Shown one piece after another: positions 46,479 through 57,385 of a stretch of 64,000 nt of DNA. This DNA is from Acidimicrobiales bacterium. GTDB taxonomy: Bacteria; Actinomycetota; Acidimicrobiia; Acidimicrobiales; SZUA-35. A model generated the notes under the pieces. It did no database searches. It was given only the letters and a program-made list of their open reading frames with translations, and was not told where the DNA came from. The translations under genes were made by a program, and so were the position numbers. The stretch lies in assembly GCA_047638695.1 (NCBI GenBank), contig JBLINY010000002.1, positions 11 through 64,010 on the forward strand, read 5' to 3'. The stretch's first letter is position 1, and every line of letters begins with the position of its first letter.

Positions 46479-49400
46479 GGATCGACTGCAGCGACCGAAC
46501 CTGGAATGGCTGTTCTTCCCACCGAACCAGTCCGTTTGCTGCCGCCCGGGCGGCGGCAACCGTCGTCACGAGCGGCACGCCGGTCTGGGCAGCGGCGGTG
46601 CGAATGTACGCGCCATCGGCCCGGGCACCACGACCACGCGGCGTGTTGATGACAAGGTCGATCTGGCCGTCCTCGATCAGAGTGATTGCGTCGGGCCCAC
46701 CTTCATCGAGTCTCGACAAGATCTGTTTCACCTCGATACCTGCCTTGCCTAGCGCCTCGGCTGTACCGGCGGTGGCGACGAACGTGAAACCAAGCGTTGT
46801 CAGCGTGGCCGCCACCTCCATTCCCGCTGGCTTATCTCGGTCGGCCAGCGACAGGAACACCGTGCCGCCGGGGCGAAGGGAAGTTCCGGCAGCCAGCTGG
46901 CTCTTGACGAAGGCCAGGCCCGGATGAATATCAATGCCCATCACCTCGCCGGTCGAACGCATCTCAGGACCGAGAAGCGCGTCGCTCTCAGGGAACCGGT
47001 TGAACGGAAGCACCGCTTCTTTCACCGACCAGTGACCGGTAACCGGCTCGGCCGACAGCAGCCCCTCAGTGCGGAGCTCGTCAAGAGTGGCCCCGGCCAT
47101 GACCCGTGCGGCGATCTTGGCCAACGGTCGCCCCGTGGCCTTCGCCACGAACGGCACCGTTCGAGACGCCCGTGGATTAGCTTCGATAACGAAGACCTGG
47201 CTGTCCTTCACCGCGAACTGCACATTGATCAGTCCGACAACTTCGAGATCGGCCGCAATGCGCCGGGTGTAGTCCTCCAAGACTCGAATGGTTTGCTCAC
47301 CCAGATTTGGCGGGGGAAGCACGCAGGCCGAGTCACCCGAGTGCACACCGGCCTCCTCGACGTGCTCCATGACACCACCAATCATGGCGTCGCCCGTCTG
47401 ATCGCGAATAGCATCAACATCGACTTCGGTGGCGTCTTCGAGAAAGCGATCGACCAGAACCGGGCGTTCGGTCGACAGCCCGCCTTCACGGCCGAGCGAC
47501 CCAGTGGCATCGAACGCCTTCATCACTCGTCGCAAATCGCCGTCGTCGTAGACGATTTCCATGCCTCGTCCACCAAGCACGTAGCTGGGCCGAACAAGAG
47601 CGGGGTAACCAATGCGCCCCGCGACCTCAAGCGCTCCCTCGACAGTGGTCGCTGTACCACCGGCTGGCTGCGGGATCTCGAGCCGAGCGCATAAGGAGGC
47701 CCAGTGATCGCGATCTTCGGCCGCGTCGATGGATGCCGGTGTCGTTCCCAGCACAAGTTCAGCAGGGAGGCGGTCGGCCAACTTCAAGGGGGTTTGGCCG
47801 CCGAGACTCACGATGATGCCGGTGGGCTGCTCGGCCTCGATGACGTTCATGACGTCTTCATAGGTAAGGGGTTCGAAGTACAAACGATCGGAGGTGTCGT
47901 AGTCAGTCGAGACCGTCTCAGGATTGCAGTTGATCATGATGGTCTCGTAGCCGGCGTCGCGTAGAGCGAAGCTGGCGTGAACGCAGCAATAGTCGAATTC
48001 GATGCCCTGCCCAATGCGGTTAGGACCGGATCCGAGAATCACGACCTTCTGCCGATCGCTCGGAACAACCTCGGACTCATCCTCGTAGGTGGAGTAGTGA
48101 TACGGCGTCTTGGCTTCAAATTCTGCGGCACACGTATCGACCGTCTTGAAGGTGGCGACGACACCGACGTCGAGTCGAGCCTGACGGACGGCAGACTCTT
48201 CGCAGCCCAGCAGCTGCGCCAGCTGCGGATCGCTGAAACCGAGCTGCTTGGCTCGGCGCCATTCGGGCCTACTCAGATCTCCCAGCGCACGCCCGCTGAG
48301 GGCAGCTCGCTCGTCAGTGATAAAGAGCATTTGGTCGAGGAACCAGGGATCAACTTTGGTCGCTGCATAGATGTCATCGACACCGATGCCCCGACGAAGC
48401 AAGGCCTCGAGCTGGAAGATGCGATCGGGCGTTGCGATAGAAGCAGTTGCCAGCAAATCGTCGTCGGACAGGTGGTCGAACTGTTCCCCGCTGTCGAGAC
48501 CGAGCCAACCCTGTTCGAGCGATCGGCACGCTTTTTGGAGACTCTCCGGGAAGGTGCGCCCAATGGCCATTACCTCGCCGACTGATTGCATCGATGTACC
48601 AAGATGGCCCGTTGTGCCGGGAAACTTCTCGAAGGCCCATCGGGGAATCTTGGTGACTACGTAGTCAATGACCGGCTCGAAACTGGCTGGCGTCACTTGG
48701 GTGATGTCGTTGGGGATCTCATCGAGGGAGTAGCCGACTGCCAATTTGGCTGCAATCTTGGCGATTGGAAACCCGGTTGCCTTAGAGGCCAACGCCGATG
48801 ACCGACTCACCCTGGGGTTCATCTCGATGATGACTCGGCGACCGTCGACCGGGTCGACGGCGAACTGCACGTTCGAACCGCCCGTCTCGACACCGACTCG
48901 ACGGAGGCATGCGAATGCTGCATCGCGCATCTCCTGGTACTCGACGTCGGAGAGTGTCTGGATCGGAGCGACCGTGATCGAGTCGCCCGTATGAACTCCC
49001 ATTGGATCAAGATTCTCGATGGAGCAGATGATCACCTGGTTGTCCTTGTGATCACGCATCACCTCAAGCTCGTATTCCTTCCAGCCAGCAATCGACTCTT
49101 CGATCAGGATCTCGGTGATCGGACTGGCGAGAAGCCCGTTGCGGGCAACATGTTCGAACTCTTCCATTGTTGCCGCCATGCCTGTACCCCGGCCTCCGAG
49201 GATGTAGGCGGGACGGATAACGATCGGTAGCCCGACCTCCTTGACGATCTTGCGAGCGTCGATCATCGCTGCGTCGACAGCGGCACCCTTGTCGTTGCCG
49301 GAGCCTCGGGCAGTTCCGCTGCGGGGGACCTCCATCCCGATTTCGATCATGGCGAGCTTGAATCGCTCGCGATCTTCGGCCGTCGCGATGGCTTCGGCGT

Positions 49401-49755
49401 CGGCACCGATGAGCTCAACGTTGTGCTCATCGAGCACGCCAGCGGCAACCAGCTCCATCGAGAGGTTCAACGCCGTCTGACCACCCAGCGTAGGTAGCAG
49501 AGCTTGAGGCTTTTCCTGTTCGATGATCCGCGTGAGGACCTCGAGTGTGAGCGGTTCGATGTAGGTGGCATCGGCGAACTCCGGGTCGGTCATGATGGTT
49601 GCCGGGTTCGAGTTGGCGAGCACGACGCGATAGCCATCTTCTCGCAACACCCGGCACGCCTGCGTGCCCGAGTAGTCGAACTCACAAGCTTGGCCTATGA
49701 CAATGGGCCCGGAGCCGATCACCAGAATGGTCTCGAGGTCGTCGCGGCGGGGCAT
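46459..49755 (-). CDS. carB: carbamoyl-phosphate synthase large subunit
   Basis: 1098 aa with duplicated ATP-grasp halves and an MGS-like C-terminus. Confidence 0.98.
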   Translation of the reverse strand: MPRRDDLETILVIGSGPIVIGQACEFDYSGTQACRVLREDGYRVVLANSNPATIMTDPEFADATYIEPLTLEVLTRIIEQEKPQALLPTLGGQTALNLSMELVAAGVLDEHNVELIGADAEAIATAEDRERFKLAMIEIGMEVPRSGTARGSGNDKGAAVDAAMIDARKIVKEVGLPIVIRPAYILGGRGTGMAATMEEFEHVARNGLLASPITEILIEESIAGWKEYELEVMRDHKDNQVIICSIENLDPMGVHTGDSITVAPIQTLSDVEYQEMRDAAFACLRRVGVETGGSNVQFAVDPVDGRRVIIEMNPRVSRSSALASKATGFPIAKIAAKLAVGYSLDEIPNDITQVTPASFEPVIDYVVTKIPRWAFEKFPGTTGHLGTSMQSVGEVMAIGRTFPESLQKACRSLEQGWLGLDSGEQFDHLSDDDLLATASIATPDRIFQLEALLRRGIGVDDIYAATKVDPWFLDQMLFITDERAALSGRALGDLSRPEWRRAKQLGFSDPQLAQLLGCEESAVRQARLDVGVVATFKTVDTCAAEFEAKTPYHYSTYEDESEVVPSDRQKVVILGSGPNRIGQGIEFDYCCVHASFALRDAGYETIMINCNPETVSTDYDTSDRLYFEPLTYEDVMNVIEAEQPTGIIVSLGGQTPLKLADRLPAELVLGTTPASIDAAEDRDHWASLCARLEIPQPAGGTATTVEGALEVAGRIGYPALVRPSYVLGGRGMEIVYDDGDLRRVMKAFDATGSLGREGGLSTERPVLVDRFLEDATEVDVDAIRDQTGDAMIGGVMEHVEEAGVHSGDSACVLPPPNLGEQTIRVLEDYTRRIAADLEVVGLINVQFAVKDSQVFVIEANPRASRTVPFVAKATGRPLAKIAARVMAGATLDELRTEGLLSAEPVTGHWSVKEAVLPFNRFPESDALLGPEMRSTGEVMGIDIHPGLAFVKSQLAAGTSLRPGGTVFLSLADRDKPAGMEVAATLTTLGFTFVATAGTAEALGKAGIEVKQILSRLDEGGPDAITLIEDGQIDLVINTPRGRGARADGAYIRTAAAQTGVPLVTTVAAARAAANGLVRWEEQPFQVRSLQSIHGVSPA

Positions 49756-49756
49756 A

Positions 49757-50857
49757 TCAGTTGGCCTTCCGGGTCATCAGTTCATCGAACCGATCGAACA
49801 AATAGAGGCTGTCGTGCGGACCAGGGCTGGCCTCGGGATGGTGCTGCACACTGAACGCAGGCGCTTCGCGCAGCGCCATTCCCTCGCATACTCCGTCATT
49901 CAGATTGATATGGGTGACATCGGCGACGTCGCTGATCGACTCGCCAAGCACGGCGAAATTGTGATTCTGGCTCGTGATCTCGACCTTGCCCGTCGTCTCG
50001 TCTCGGACCGGATGATTGGCGCCATGGTGGCCAAAGGAGAGCTTCTCGACCGAACCGCCAACCGCCAACGACAAAATCTGATGGCCCAGGCAAATACCGA
50101 AGATCGGTACCTGATCAATCAGCTCCTGGACAGCAGCGATGCCCGTCGGCACCATCTCAGGGTCGCCGGGACCGTTCGAGAGGAAGACCCCGGCTGGGTT
50201 CCGAGCCAGGACATCGGCCGCAGATGTGGTCGCAGGCACAATCTCGACCGTGCCGAGCGAGCTGAGGTGCTGGATGATCGAGGTCTTGATGCCGAAGTCG
50301 TAGGCCACGATCAACCGATCCGAAGGACCGGTGGATTCCACCCGATACGGCGCCGCAGTGGTGACCTGAGCAACAAGATCGACACCGGCCGTGCCTGGCT
50401 CCGCAGCAGCGGCCTGCTTTAGCCCTGCCTCATCGACCGCGTGCTCTCCCTCGGTGGGACCAAATGCTCCGGGAAGGGCGCCCGATGTGCGAAGAATGCG
50501 AGTGAGGCGGCGGGTATCGATGCCGCCGATCCCGGCAAGCCCGCGATCACGAAGGAAGGTCTCGAGATGATCCGTTGCCCGGAAGTTCGAATGTCGACGA
50601 GTGAGGTCGCGAACAATCACGCCCCGAGCGAACGAACCACTGCTTTCGTTGTCGGCATCGGTAACGCCGTAGTTGCCGATGTGGGGGTAAGTAAAGGTGA
50701 TGATCTGACCGGCATACGACGGGTCGCTGAGTACTTCCTGGTACCCCGTCAGCGCGGTGTTGAATACGACCTCCCCGGACGCGATGCCCTGCGGAGCACC
50801 GAACATCTCACCCTCGAATGTGCTGCCATCGGCTAACACCAACGCGCCGGCGATCAT
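49757..50857 (-). CDS. carA: carbamoyl-phosphate synthase small subunit
   Basis: 366 aa with GICLGHQ glutamine amidotransferase motif. Confidence 0.97.
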   Translation of the reverse strand: MIAGALVLADGSTFEGEMFGAPQGIASGEVVFNTALTGYQEVLSDPSYAGQIITFTYPHIGNYGVTDADNESSGSFARGVIVRDLTRRHSNFRATDHLETFLRDRGLAGIGGIDTRRLTRILRTSGALPGAFGPTEGEHAVDEAGLKQAAAAEPGTAGVDLVAQVTTAAPYRVESTGPSDRLIVAYDFGIKTSIIQHLSSLGTVEIVPATTSAADVLARNPAGVFLSNGPGDPEMVPTGIAAVQELIDQVPIFGICLGHQILSLAVGGSVEKLSFGHHGANHPVRDETTGKVEITSQNHNFAVLGESISDVADVTHINLNDGVCEGMALREAPAFSVQHHPEASPGPHDSLYLFDRFDELMTRKAN

Positions 50858-52152
50858 CGAGTTGCCTCGCCGTCGACCACGACCACCTCACCATTGAACA
50901 CTGTGTGTCGTACCTTCCCTGTCAGTTCGCGTCCCTCAAAGGGTGTGTTGACTGCCTTGCTAGCCATCTCCCGACCCGAGACCACCCACCGAATGTCCGG
51001 GTCGATGATCGCCAGGTTCGCCGGATTGCCATCTTCCACCGGCCGACCATGTCGGCCGGACATCCCGGCGATGGCTGCCGGCCGCCAAGAAAGGAGGGCC
51101 AGGATCTCGGCGAGAGGAAGATCGAGTTCATCCAACGCGATGGCCAGAGCTGTTTCGAGTCCGAGCATTCCGGGCGGAGCCTGATCGAACGGTCGCTCCT
51201 TCGCATCGGGCGTGTGCGGAGCGTGGTCGGTTGCGATGGCATCAATCGTGCCGTCGGCCAGACCTTCCTTGATAGCCAGAACGTCGGCTGCGGTCCGAAG
51301 CGGAGGATGAACCTTGAAGTTGGCATCGTAAGTAGCGCACGCTGCATCAGTAAGCGAGAAATGATGGGGTGTTGCCTCCGCCGTGACCGGCAGCCCACCG
51401 GCCTTGGCCGCCCGGACCATGCCGACACTTCCGGCGGTGGAGAGATGCTGGAAATGGACACGCACGCCGGTGAGCCTGGCCAAAGCGATATCGCGCATCA
51501 CCATCAGTTCTTCGGCCTCCGACGGCTGGCCGCCGAGACCCAACCGCGATGACCATTCGCCCTCATGCATCACGCCGCCTTCGGTCAGGGCCGACACCTC
51601 ACAATGCTGGGCAAGAACAAATTGCACGCCGTCGTTCGAGCGGAGACTACCGGCGTACTCGAGGGCGCGGCGCATGAAGTTGTCGTCCTGCACACCCGTG
51701 CCGTCGTCGGTAAACATCCGAACGCCCAAATGGGCGAGCTCGCCCATTGGCGACAAGGCGTCGCCCGCTCTACCGATGCTGATCGCGGCCGAAGGTTTCA
51801 CTTCACACAGCGCCGAGCGGCTCAAGGCCAGAACGTCGTTGATGACCGCGGCCGAGTCCATACAGGGATCGGTGTTCGGCATGGCGACCACCCCGGTGAA
51901 CCCACCTCTAGCTGCCCCCCGGCTGCCCGACTCGATGGTTTCGGCCGCTTCGCCGCCTGGCTGCCGCAGATGAACGTGAAGATCGACGAAGCCAGGCGAA
52001 ACGACGCAGCCCGACACATCGATGACTCGTTCCGCCGTCAGATCAGGACCGACACGGGTGATCAAGCCACTCGTGTCGTCAACTTCGATATCGCCGGACC
52101 GCTCACCGAGTTGATCGATAATTCGTCCGCCTTTGAAGACCGTGGTGGTCAA
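50854..52152 (-). CDS. pyrC: dihydroorotase
   Basis: 432 aa with PGFVDLHVHLRQPG and ATDHAPH motifs. Confidence 0.95.
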   Translation of the reverse strand: MTTTVFKGGRIIDQLGERSGDIEVDDTSGLITRVGPDLTAERVIDVSGCVVSPGFVDLHVHLRQPGGEAAETIESGSRGAARGGFTGVVAMPNTDPCMDSAAVINDVLALSRSALCEVKPSAAISIGRAGDALSPMGELAHLGVRMFTDDGTGVQDDNFMRRALEYAGSLRSNDGVQFVLAQHCEVSALTEGGVMHEGEWSSRLGLGGQPSEAEELMVMRDIALARLTGVRVHFQHLSTAGSVGMVRAAKAGGLPVTAEATPHHFSLTDAACATYDANFKVHPPLRTAADVLAIKEGLADGTIDAIATDHAPHTPDAKERPFDQAPPGMLGLETALAIALDELDLPLAEILALLSWRPAAIAGMSGRHGRPVEDGNPANLAIIDPDIRWVVSGREMASKAVNTPFEGRELTGKVRHTVFNGEVVVVDGEATR

Positions 52153-53150
52153 CGCTTCACTCCTGGTTCGTTCTTTTCGTCTGCATTCGATTGGTCGGCC
52201 GCGAGATCCTCAGCCATCTCGGCCTCCGCCAGGCTGGCCTGGGCCCGCGCTCCAACGACCGAGAACAACACTGCCATCCGCACCGGTACCCCGTGGGCCA
52301 CCTGGTCGAGCACAACCGAACGAGGATCGTCGGCGACCTCGGCATCGATCTCGACACCCCGATTCATCGGACCCGGATGCATGATCAGCGCATCAGGCCG
52401 CAGCCTGGTCGCTCGCTCGGTTGTGAGCCCAAAGAGGTGGCGATACTCGCGGTCGCTCGGCAGCAGCGCTTGGTTCATCCGCTCGTGCTGGATGCGGAGG
52501 AGATAGACAACATCGAGATCGGGCAAAATCCGGTCGAGGTCGGGCTCGACCTTCACCGGCCAACCCTCGAGGCTCGGAGGCAGCAACGTGCGGGGTGCAA
52601 CAAGCACCACCTCGGCCCCCAGCTTGGTGAAAGCGTCCGCGTTCGACCTCGCCACTCGTGAATGCTGGATGTCACCGCAAATGGCGATGCGTTTGCCCTC
52701 GAGATCCCCAAGACGATGCTGAATCGTGTACGCATCGAGCAGCGCCTGGGTTGGGTGCTGGTGCCAGCCATCGCCGGCGTTGACGATCGAGGCGTCGGTC
52801 CATCCCGCTATTTGCTGCGGGACACCGGAGCTGCCGTGACGGACGACAATGGCGTCGACCCCCATGGCGCTGATGGTCTCGATCGTGTCTCGAAGTGACT
52901 CGCCTTTTTTCAACGACGACGACCCCGCCGCGAAGTTGACGACGTCGGCAGACAAGCGGCGAGCAGCAAGGTCGAAGCTGGTACGAGTTCGCGTCGAGTC
53001 TTCAAAAAAGGCGAGCACGATGGTGCGACCGCGAAGGGCCGGAACTTTCGGGACATCGCGTTTCTGGGTTTGGGCGAACTGTTCAGTGAGATCGAGCAAC
53101 TGGCGCAGATCGTCGGCCGTGAGCTCGCCGATCGAGATCAGATGCCTCAT
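52149..53150 (-). CDS. pyrB: aspartate carbamoyltransferase catalytic subunit
   Basis: 333 aa with STRTRTSF and HPGPMNRG motifs, and a short acidic C-terminal extension. Confidence 0.96.
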   Translation of the reverse strand: MRHLISIGELTADDLRQLLDLTEQFAQTQKRDVPKVPALRGRTIVLAFFEDSTRTRTSFDLAARRLSADVVNFAAGSSSLKKGESLRDTIETISAMGVDAIVVRHGSSGVPQQIAGWTDASIVNAGDGWHQHPTQALLDAYTIQHRLGDLEGKRIAICGDIQHSRVARSNADAFTKLGAEVVLVAPRTLLPPSLEGWPVKVEPDLDRILPDLDVVYLLRIQHERMNQALLPSDREYRHLFGLTTERATRLRPDALIMHPGPMNRGVEIDAEVADDPRSVVLDQVAHGVPVRMAVLFSVVGARAQASLAEAEMAEDLAADQSNADEKNEPGVKR

Positions 53151-53716
53151 GAACGCTCCATCTCACCCAGCTCGACACCATCGATGGTGGCGTTGACGAC
53201 CTCAATCTTGCTGGTGGGGAGGTTCTTGCCGACATAGTCGGGGCGAATCGGGAGTTCACGGTGCCCGCGATCGACCATGACGGCGAGTTGGACGGCCCGT
53301 GGCCGTCCCTGAGCCACCAGCGCGTCGAGAGCGGCACGAATGGTCCGCCCGGTGAAGAGCACGTCATCGACCAGCACAACCACCTTGCGGGCGATGTCGA
53401 AGGGAACCTCGGTTGCCGCCTCTGGCAGCACCGGTCGAAGACTGATGTCGTCTCTGTAGAACGCCACATCGAGTTTGCCGACCGCAACTTCGAGGCCTTC
53501 GATCTCGGCGAGCGCGATGGCCAATGATTCAGCGAATGGCACGCCGCCGGTTTGTAGCCCGACGATCACGACGTCATCGAGCCCCTGGTTCCGTTCGATG
53601 ACCTCGTGAGCCATACGGCGGATCGCTCGCTCGACAGCGTCTCGATCGAGCACGGTGGTGCGAGGAATGAAAACACCGCCGTACGGGGGCGTGCGTTTTC
53701 GTTCGCGTTCAGCCAA
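53147..53716 (-). CDS. pyrR: bifunctional pyr operon regulator / uracil phosphoribosyltransferase
   Basis: 189 aa with VVLVDDVLFTGRTIRAAL PRPP-binding motif. First gene of the pyr operon. Confidence 0.95.
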   Translation of the reverse strand: MAERERKRTPPYGGVFIPRTTVLDRDAVERAIRRMAHEVIERNQGLDDVVIVGLQTGGVPFAESLAIALAEIEGLEVAVGKLDVAFYRDDISLRPVLPEAATEVPFDIARKVVVLVDDVLFTGRTIRAALDALVAQGRPRAVQLAVMVDRGHRELPIRPDYVGKNLPTSKIEVVNATIDGVELGEMERS

Positions 53717-53732
53717 CTGACCCCTTCTTCCT

Positions 53733-53763
53733 CCGTGCCGGCCTCACAGGACCAGCTTCACGG
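53733..53763 (-). promoter_or_regulatory. PyrR-binding RNA hairpin in the pyrR leader
   Basis: The minus strand reads CCGUG-AAGCUGGUCCUGUGAGGCCGG-CACGG. The loop UCCUGUGAGGC resembles the PyrR-binding consensus UCCAGAGAGGC. The hairpin directly abuts the GGAGGAAGAAGGGG Shine-Dalgarno region. Confidence 0.6.
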
Positions 53764-53792
53764 ACTCTGGGGGTGAATTCTAAAGGACGGAA

Positions 53793-54581
53793 TCAGTACA
53801 TCCGCCCCGAAGTGCCATCGTCTCCGGCCCCGCGGGCCGTCTTTAGAGCAGCAGATGCGCCTGACACCATGGCCAGCAGGTCCGACGTGATCGTTATCAT
53901 GCGGAACCCCTGCTCGATCCGCTTGGCGGCCAAGGCGTGCGTACTGTGAATGCCCGGGGTAACGCCCTTTGCGTTGCAGGCCGCCACAACGGTCGCGAGA
54001 GCGTCGTTGAAGCTCTGGTCGTCGTGATCCGATCCCGGGGGAAGACCGAGAGTGATCGACAGATCGGCTGGTCCGACATAGACGGCATCGATCCCGGGGA
54101 CCTCAAGAATGTCGTCGATGCTCTCTACCGCCTGCACCGTCTCGATCATCGGGATACACAACACCGTCTCGTTGGCTGTGCTGGCGTAGTCAGGTCCGAG
54201 GGCCATGCCTGCCCGGGCGGGCCCGTAGCTACGAGATCCCAAGGGGGCATAGCGACAAGAAGCGACCGCCTGCTCGGCCTCGGCGACTGAATTCACCATT
54301 GGAATAATCACGCCCATGGCTCCGGCATCGAGCACCTTGCCGATGATGCCCGGTTCGTTCCAGGGCACCCTGACCGTCGGCGTTGCGCCGATTCGTTGCA
54401 TTGCCTGCAACGAATACAAGACTTCGTTGTAGTCGAGCAGACCGTGTTGCATATCGATGTTGATGTAGTCGAAGTCGAGCGCTCCAAAGTGCTCGGCGGC
54501 AATTGAGCTGCCAGTTGACAGCCACAGCCCAAGGGCCGCCTTGTCGTCGGCCCAGACCTGCTTCAGAGTGTTCTTACGCAT
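53793..54581 (-). CDS. HpcH/HpaI-family aldolase
   Basis: 262 aa with DFDYINIDMQHG and VRVPWNEPGIIGKVLDAGAMGVIIPMV. Confidence 0.88.
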   Translation of the reverse strand: MRKNTLKQVWADDKAALGLWLSTGSSIAAEHFGALDFDYINIDMQHGLLDYNEVLYSLQAMQRIGATPTVRVPWNEPGIIGKVLDAGAMGVIIPMVNSVAEAEQAVASCRYAPLGSRSYGPARAGMALGPDYASTANETVLCIPMIETVQAVESIDDILEVPGIDAVYVGPADLSITLGLPPGSDHDDQSFNDALATVVAACNAKGVTPGIHSTHALAAKRIEQGFRMITITSDLLAMVSGASAALKTARGAGDDGTSGRMY

Positions 54582-54663
54582 ACCCGCGACCCTAGTGCCG
54601 TAGGACTGCCCGGTGACAGGGCCGCGTACGCTAAAGAGTTCGGCCTATCGACTGCGAGTGATC

Positions 54664-56283
54664 TCAGCCGGCGAAGTACTCGTTGGAGCTAGCCAACACG
54701 GCCGCAAGACGAAGATCATCACCGGACTTGAGCACGTCGGCCCAGTAGGCAAGTCCGGCTGCGTCGGGGGCACGGTTGAGGAACTGCAAGTACATCGCCG
54801 CCACTCGCGCTTCGCGACTCTCCCGCGATTGGTAGAAACGGTAGGCGACGGTGCCCGTTCCGATGCTGCCGGCTTGGCCCGTCCAATAGCTTCGGCCGCC
54901 GTTATCGGCCGATCGATCGAGGAGCACGCCATAGAGATCGACCACCCATGCGTCGTAGGTGCCCCCCTGAAGGGTCACGTACTCCCGACTGCCATAGAAA
55001 GAGGCTGCTACCTGCGCCACTGACGACCCGGTCTGGAGCCTAGAGATCCAGTACTGGCTACCCGAGCGGTCGCCCGGCCGGCCCAGGGTGTCGATGTAAA
55101 GCTGGTCGACCACGTTGGCTGTCCAGGCCTCACTTACGGCGAGAGCCTGCACGAAGTTGAACCGAGTAGTTCCCGTGGCCAACCGCTGTGTCCAATACTC
55201 GAGCTCGCCTGCAGTCGGGTTGCGGCCTACGAAGTCAGCGAACGAGCGAGTGACGAAATCGTTGTAGACCGCTGGTGAGATGCCGCCGGCAGCGGGGGTG
55301 TCACCGAGGATCACGACGTCATAGCTGAAGCTTGCGGGGTTGCCACCGACTCGCGCACCATCAACGGTCACCCGGTAGGTGAGATCGACGGTCGGATGCA
55401 GGTTCACGCCGACTGGCTCCCACACCAGGATGGGGAACGGGGCGCTGTTGCCAGCTGAGTCGCGATGCACAACGGTGCTGGAGATCGGTGACCCATCCTG
55501 CGAAATCGAGACGGTTGCGGCGGAAAAGTCGCCGTTGCGGATACCAACTGACCAACGGGGAAAGACCAACTCGCCTGGGACGAATCCACGAGGTGGCCAG
55601 GCAACAAAGCCCTCACTCTCACGGAGTGTCGGCTGGGCGCCGAACACATTGTCAAAGACCCACAGGGTGTTGGACGACCAACCTCCGGTGGCCGGAATGT
55701 CACCGGTTCCCATCTGATTCGTCGTTGGGTGCAGGATCCAGTTGCGATGTCCGACCCGGAGGTTGTTGCTGCCCGGGTCTTCCATATAGCCGGTAATCGA
55801 CTCGGGGCCGGTTCGGCCGAGATAGAGATCGCTCGATTGGGCCGCCTGGGCGCCGCTGGCGGTGTAGCAGGCAAAGCTCGAGTCGGGGGAGTGACTCAAA
55901 CGTCCGCTGGCGCTCATCATGAGGGCCGCTTCTTGAGCTTGGGCTGACCAGGCGGGGTTCTCGGTTATGCCGGCCGGCACGCCCGCCATCGACCGGAAGA
56001 AGTTGACTCGACTGAAGATTGCGTCCCGAAATTCCTGTGACGTTGTTCCCGGGGTACAGCTCGACCGATCGCCGTTCCAACCGCTGCTGGGCGACGGTGA
56101 GCCGAACTCCGACTCGTAGGCCGCCACGACGGCACTCCGGTCCTGTGTGTTCAGCCAGTTCGACGCGGCATTGGCTGAGTTACTTCCGACGGGCCCGACA
56201 CCGGCAAACGATGCGGTGAGTAGAAGAAGAAAGGAGAAGAGCCGGAGAGACCTCGATCGGAGCACGACTGTGTTGTCGTCCAC
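54664..56283 (-). CDS. secreted CAP/SCP-domain protein with C-terminal DUF4214 repeats
   Basis: Signal peptide (LFSFLLLLTASFAGVGPVGSNSANA). CAP-like FRDAIFSRVNFFRSMAGVP...SGRLSHSP. There are four DUF4214-like units (for example LYIDTLGRPGDRSGSQYWISRL and FLNRAPDAAGLAYWADVL). An alternative start is GTG 56265. Confidence 0.8.
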   Translation of the reverse strand: MDDNTVVLRSRSLRLFSFLLLLTASFAGVGPVGSNSANAASNWLNTQDRSAVVAAYESEFGSPSPSSGWNGDRSSCTPGTTSQEFRDAIFSRVNFFRSMAGVPAGITENPAWSAQAQEAALMMSASGRLSHSPDSSFACYTASGAQAAQSSDLYLGRTGPESITGYMEDPGSNNLRVGHRNWILHPTTNQMGTGDIPATGGWSSNTLWVFDNVFGAQPTLRESEGFVAWPPRGFVPGELVFPRWSVGIRNGDFSAATVSISQDGSPISSTVVHRDSAGNSAPFPILVWEPVGVNLHPTVDLTYRVTVDGARVGGNPASFSYDVVILGDTPAAGGISPAVYNDFVTRSFADFVGRNPTAGELEYWTQRLATGTTRFNFVQALAVSEAWTANVVDQLYIDTLGRPGDRSGSQYWISRLQTGSSVAQVAASFYGSREYVTLQGGTYDAWVVDLYGVLLDRSADNGGRSYWTGQAGSIGTGTVAYRFYQSRESREARVAAMYLQFLNRAPDAAGLAYWADVLKSGDDLRLAAVLASSNEYFAG

Positions 56284-56332
56284 AGAAGGTCAAACATTAA
56301 GAACTTTGAGGAATTCGTTTACGCCACTCTGT

Positions 56333-56370
56333 TTCTTTCACGCAACTTCTTTCACGCAACTTCTTTCACG
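56333..56370. repeat. 14 bp tandem repeat TTCTTTCACGCAAC, 2.7 copies
   Basis: Copies at 56333-56346 and 56347-56360, plus a partial copy at 56361-56370. It lies in the nusB / CAP-gene intergenic region, 50-90 nt upstream of the CAP-gene start. Confidence 0.85.
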
Positions 56371-56380
56371 TCTGTTTCCT

Positions 56381-56800
56381 TCAAGCCACTTTGTTCGGCA
56401 GGTCGCGCGCGATGGCTGCCAAAACACCGTTCACGAACCGACTCGACTCGTCTGTCGAGTATCGACCGGCGAGTTCGACGGCCTCGGAGAGAATTACGCC
56501 TGTCGGCGCCTCCCCGTTGAGCATCTCCGAAACGGCGAGGCGCATCACGATCAAGTCGAGCACCGGCATGCGTTCGAGTGTCCAGCCCTTTGCCTTAGCG
56601 GCGATGAGTTGGTCGGCCTGCTCTTGGTGTTCGGCCATAGCGGTCATCAGATTCAGCGCGAAAGTCTCTGGTGGCACGACAAGGCTGTCGATCAGCTCGC
56701 CGATCGAGATCTTTCGGATGCGGGCTTCGTAGCTCAACTCGACGGCCCTCTCGCGTCCCTCGCGACGGCTGGCCCGGCCCAAAGGCGAGTTTCCGGTCAC
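56381..56800 (-). CDS. nusB: transcription antitermination factor NusB
   Basis: 139 aa. efp-nusB synteny and a YSTDESSRFVNGVL motif. Confidence 0.92.
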   Translation of the reverse strand: MTGNSPLGRASRREGRERAVELSYEARIRKISIGELIDSLVVPPETFALNLMTAMAEHQEQADQLIAAKAKGWTLERMPVLDLIVMRLAVSEMLNGEAPTGVILSEAVELAGRYSTDESSRFVNGVLAAIARDLPNKVA

Positions 56801-57357
56801 GCCCGGGTCATGTATTCGCCCGTACGAGTGTCGACCTTCACCCGCTCTCCCGGCCCAACAAAGAGGGGAACCTGCAGCACGAACCCGGTCTCGAGTGTCG
56901 CTGGCTTACGGGCGCCGGAGACGCGATCACCCTGGACTCCCGGCTCTGTCTCGGTGATCTGAAGCTCGACTGAAGTCGGCAGATCGGTTCCGACTACTTC
57001 GTCGCCGAACTTCAACAGCACGATCGATGAACCCTCGACGAGGTAGTTGACTGCGTCACCCATCGCCACCTCCGAAACGTTCGACTGTTCAAACGTCTCG
57101 TTATCCATGACGACATAGTCGGCACCCTCGCGGTACAGGAACTGCTGTTCACGCTTTTCGATGAACGCCCGCTCGATTCGTTCACCGGCGTTGAACCGAC
57201 GATCGACCACAGACCCCGTCCGCATGTTGCGCAGTGTGGTTCGGACGAATGCACCACCCTTGCCAGGCTTCACGTGCTGGAATTCGACGACGGTGAGGAG
57301 ATCCCCATTGATCTCGATCGTCATCCCGTTCTTGAAGTCGTTCGTGGTCATTGCCAT
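56797..57357 (-). CDS. efp: elongation factor P
   Basis: Internal ATG at 57357 gives MAMTTNDFKNGMTIEINGDLLTVVEFQHVKPGKGGAFVRT (186 aa). The track start 57438 overlaps pepP. Confidence 0.96.
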   Translation of the reverse strand: MAMTTNDFKNGMTIEINGDLLTVVEFQHVKPGKGGAFVRTTLRNMRTGSVVDRRFNAGERIERAFIEKREQQFLYREGADYVVMDNETFEQSNVSEVAMGDAVNYLVEGSSIVLLKFGDEVVGTDLPTSVELQITETEPGVQGDRVSGARKPATLETGFVLQVPLFVGPGERVKVDTRTGEYMTRA

Positions 57358-57385
57358 TGCTGCGTCTCCTCGTTGCGGTGTCGCG

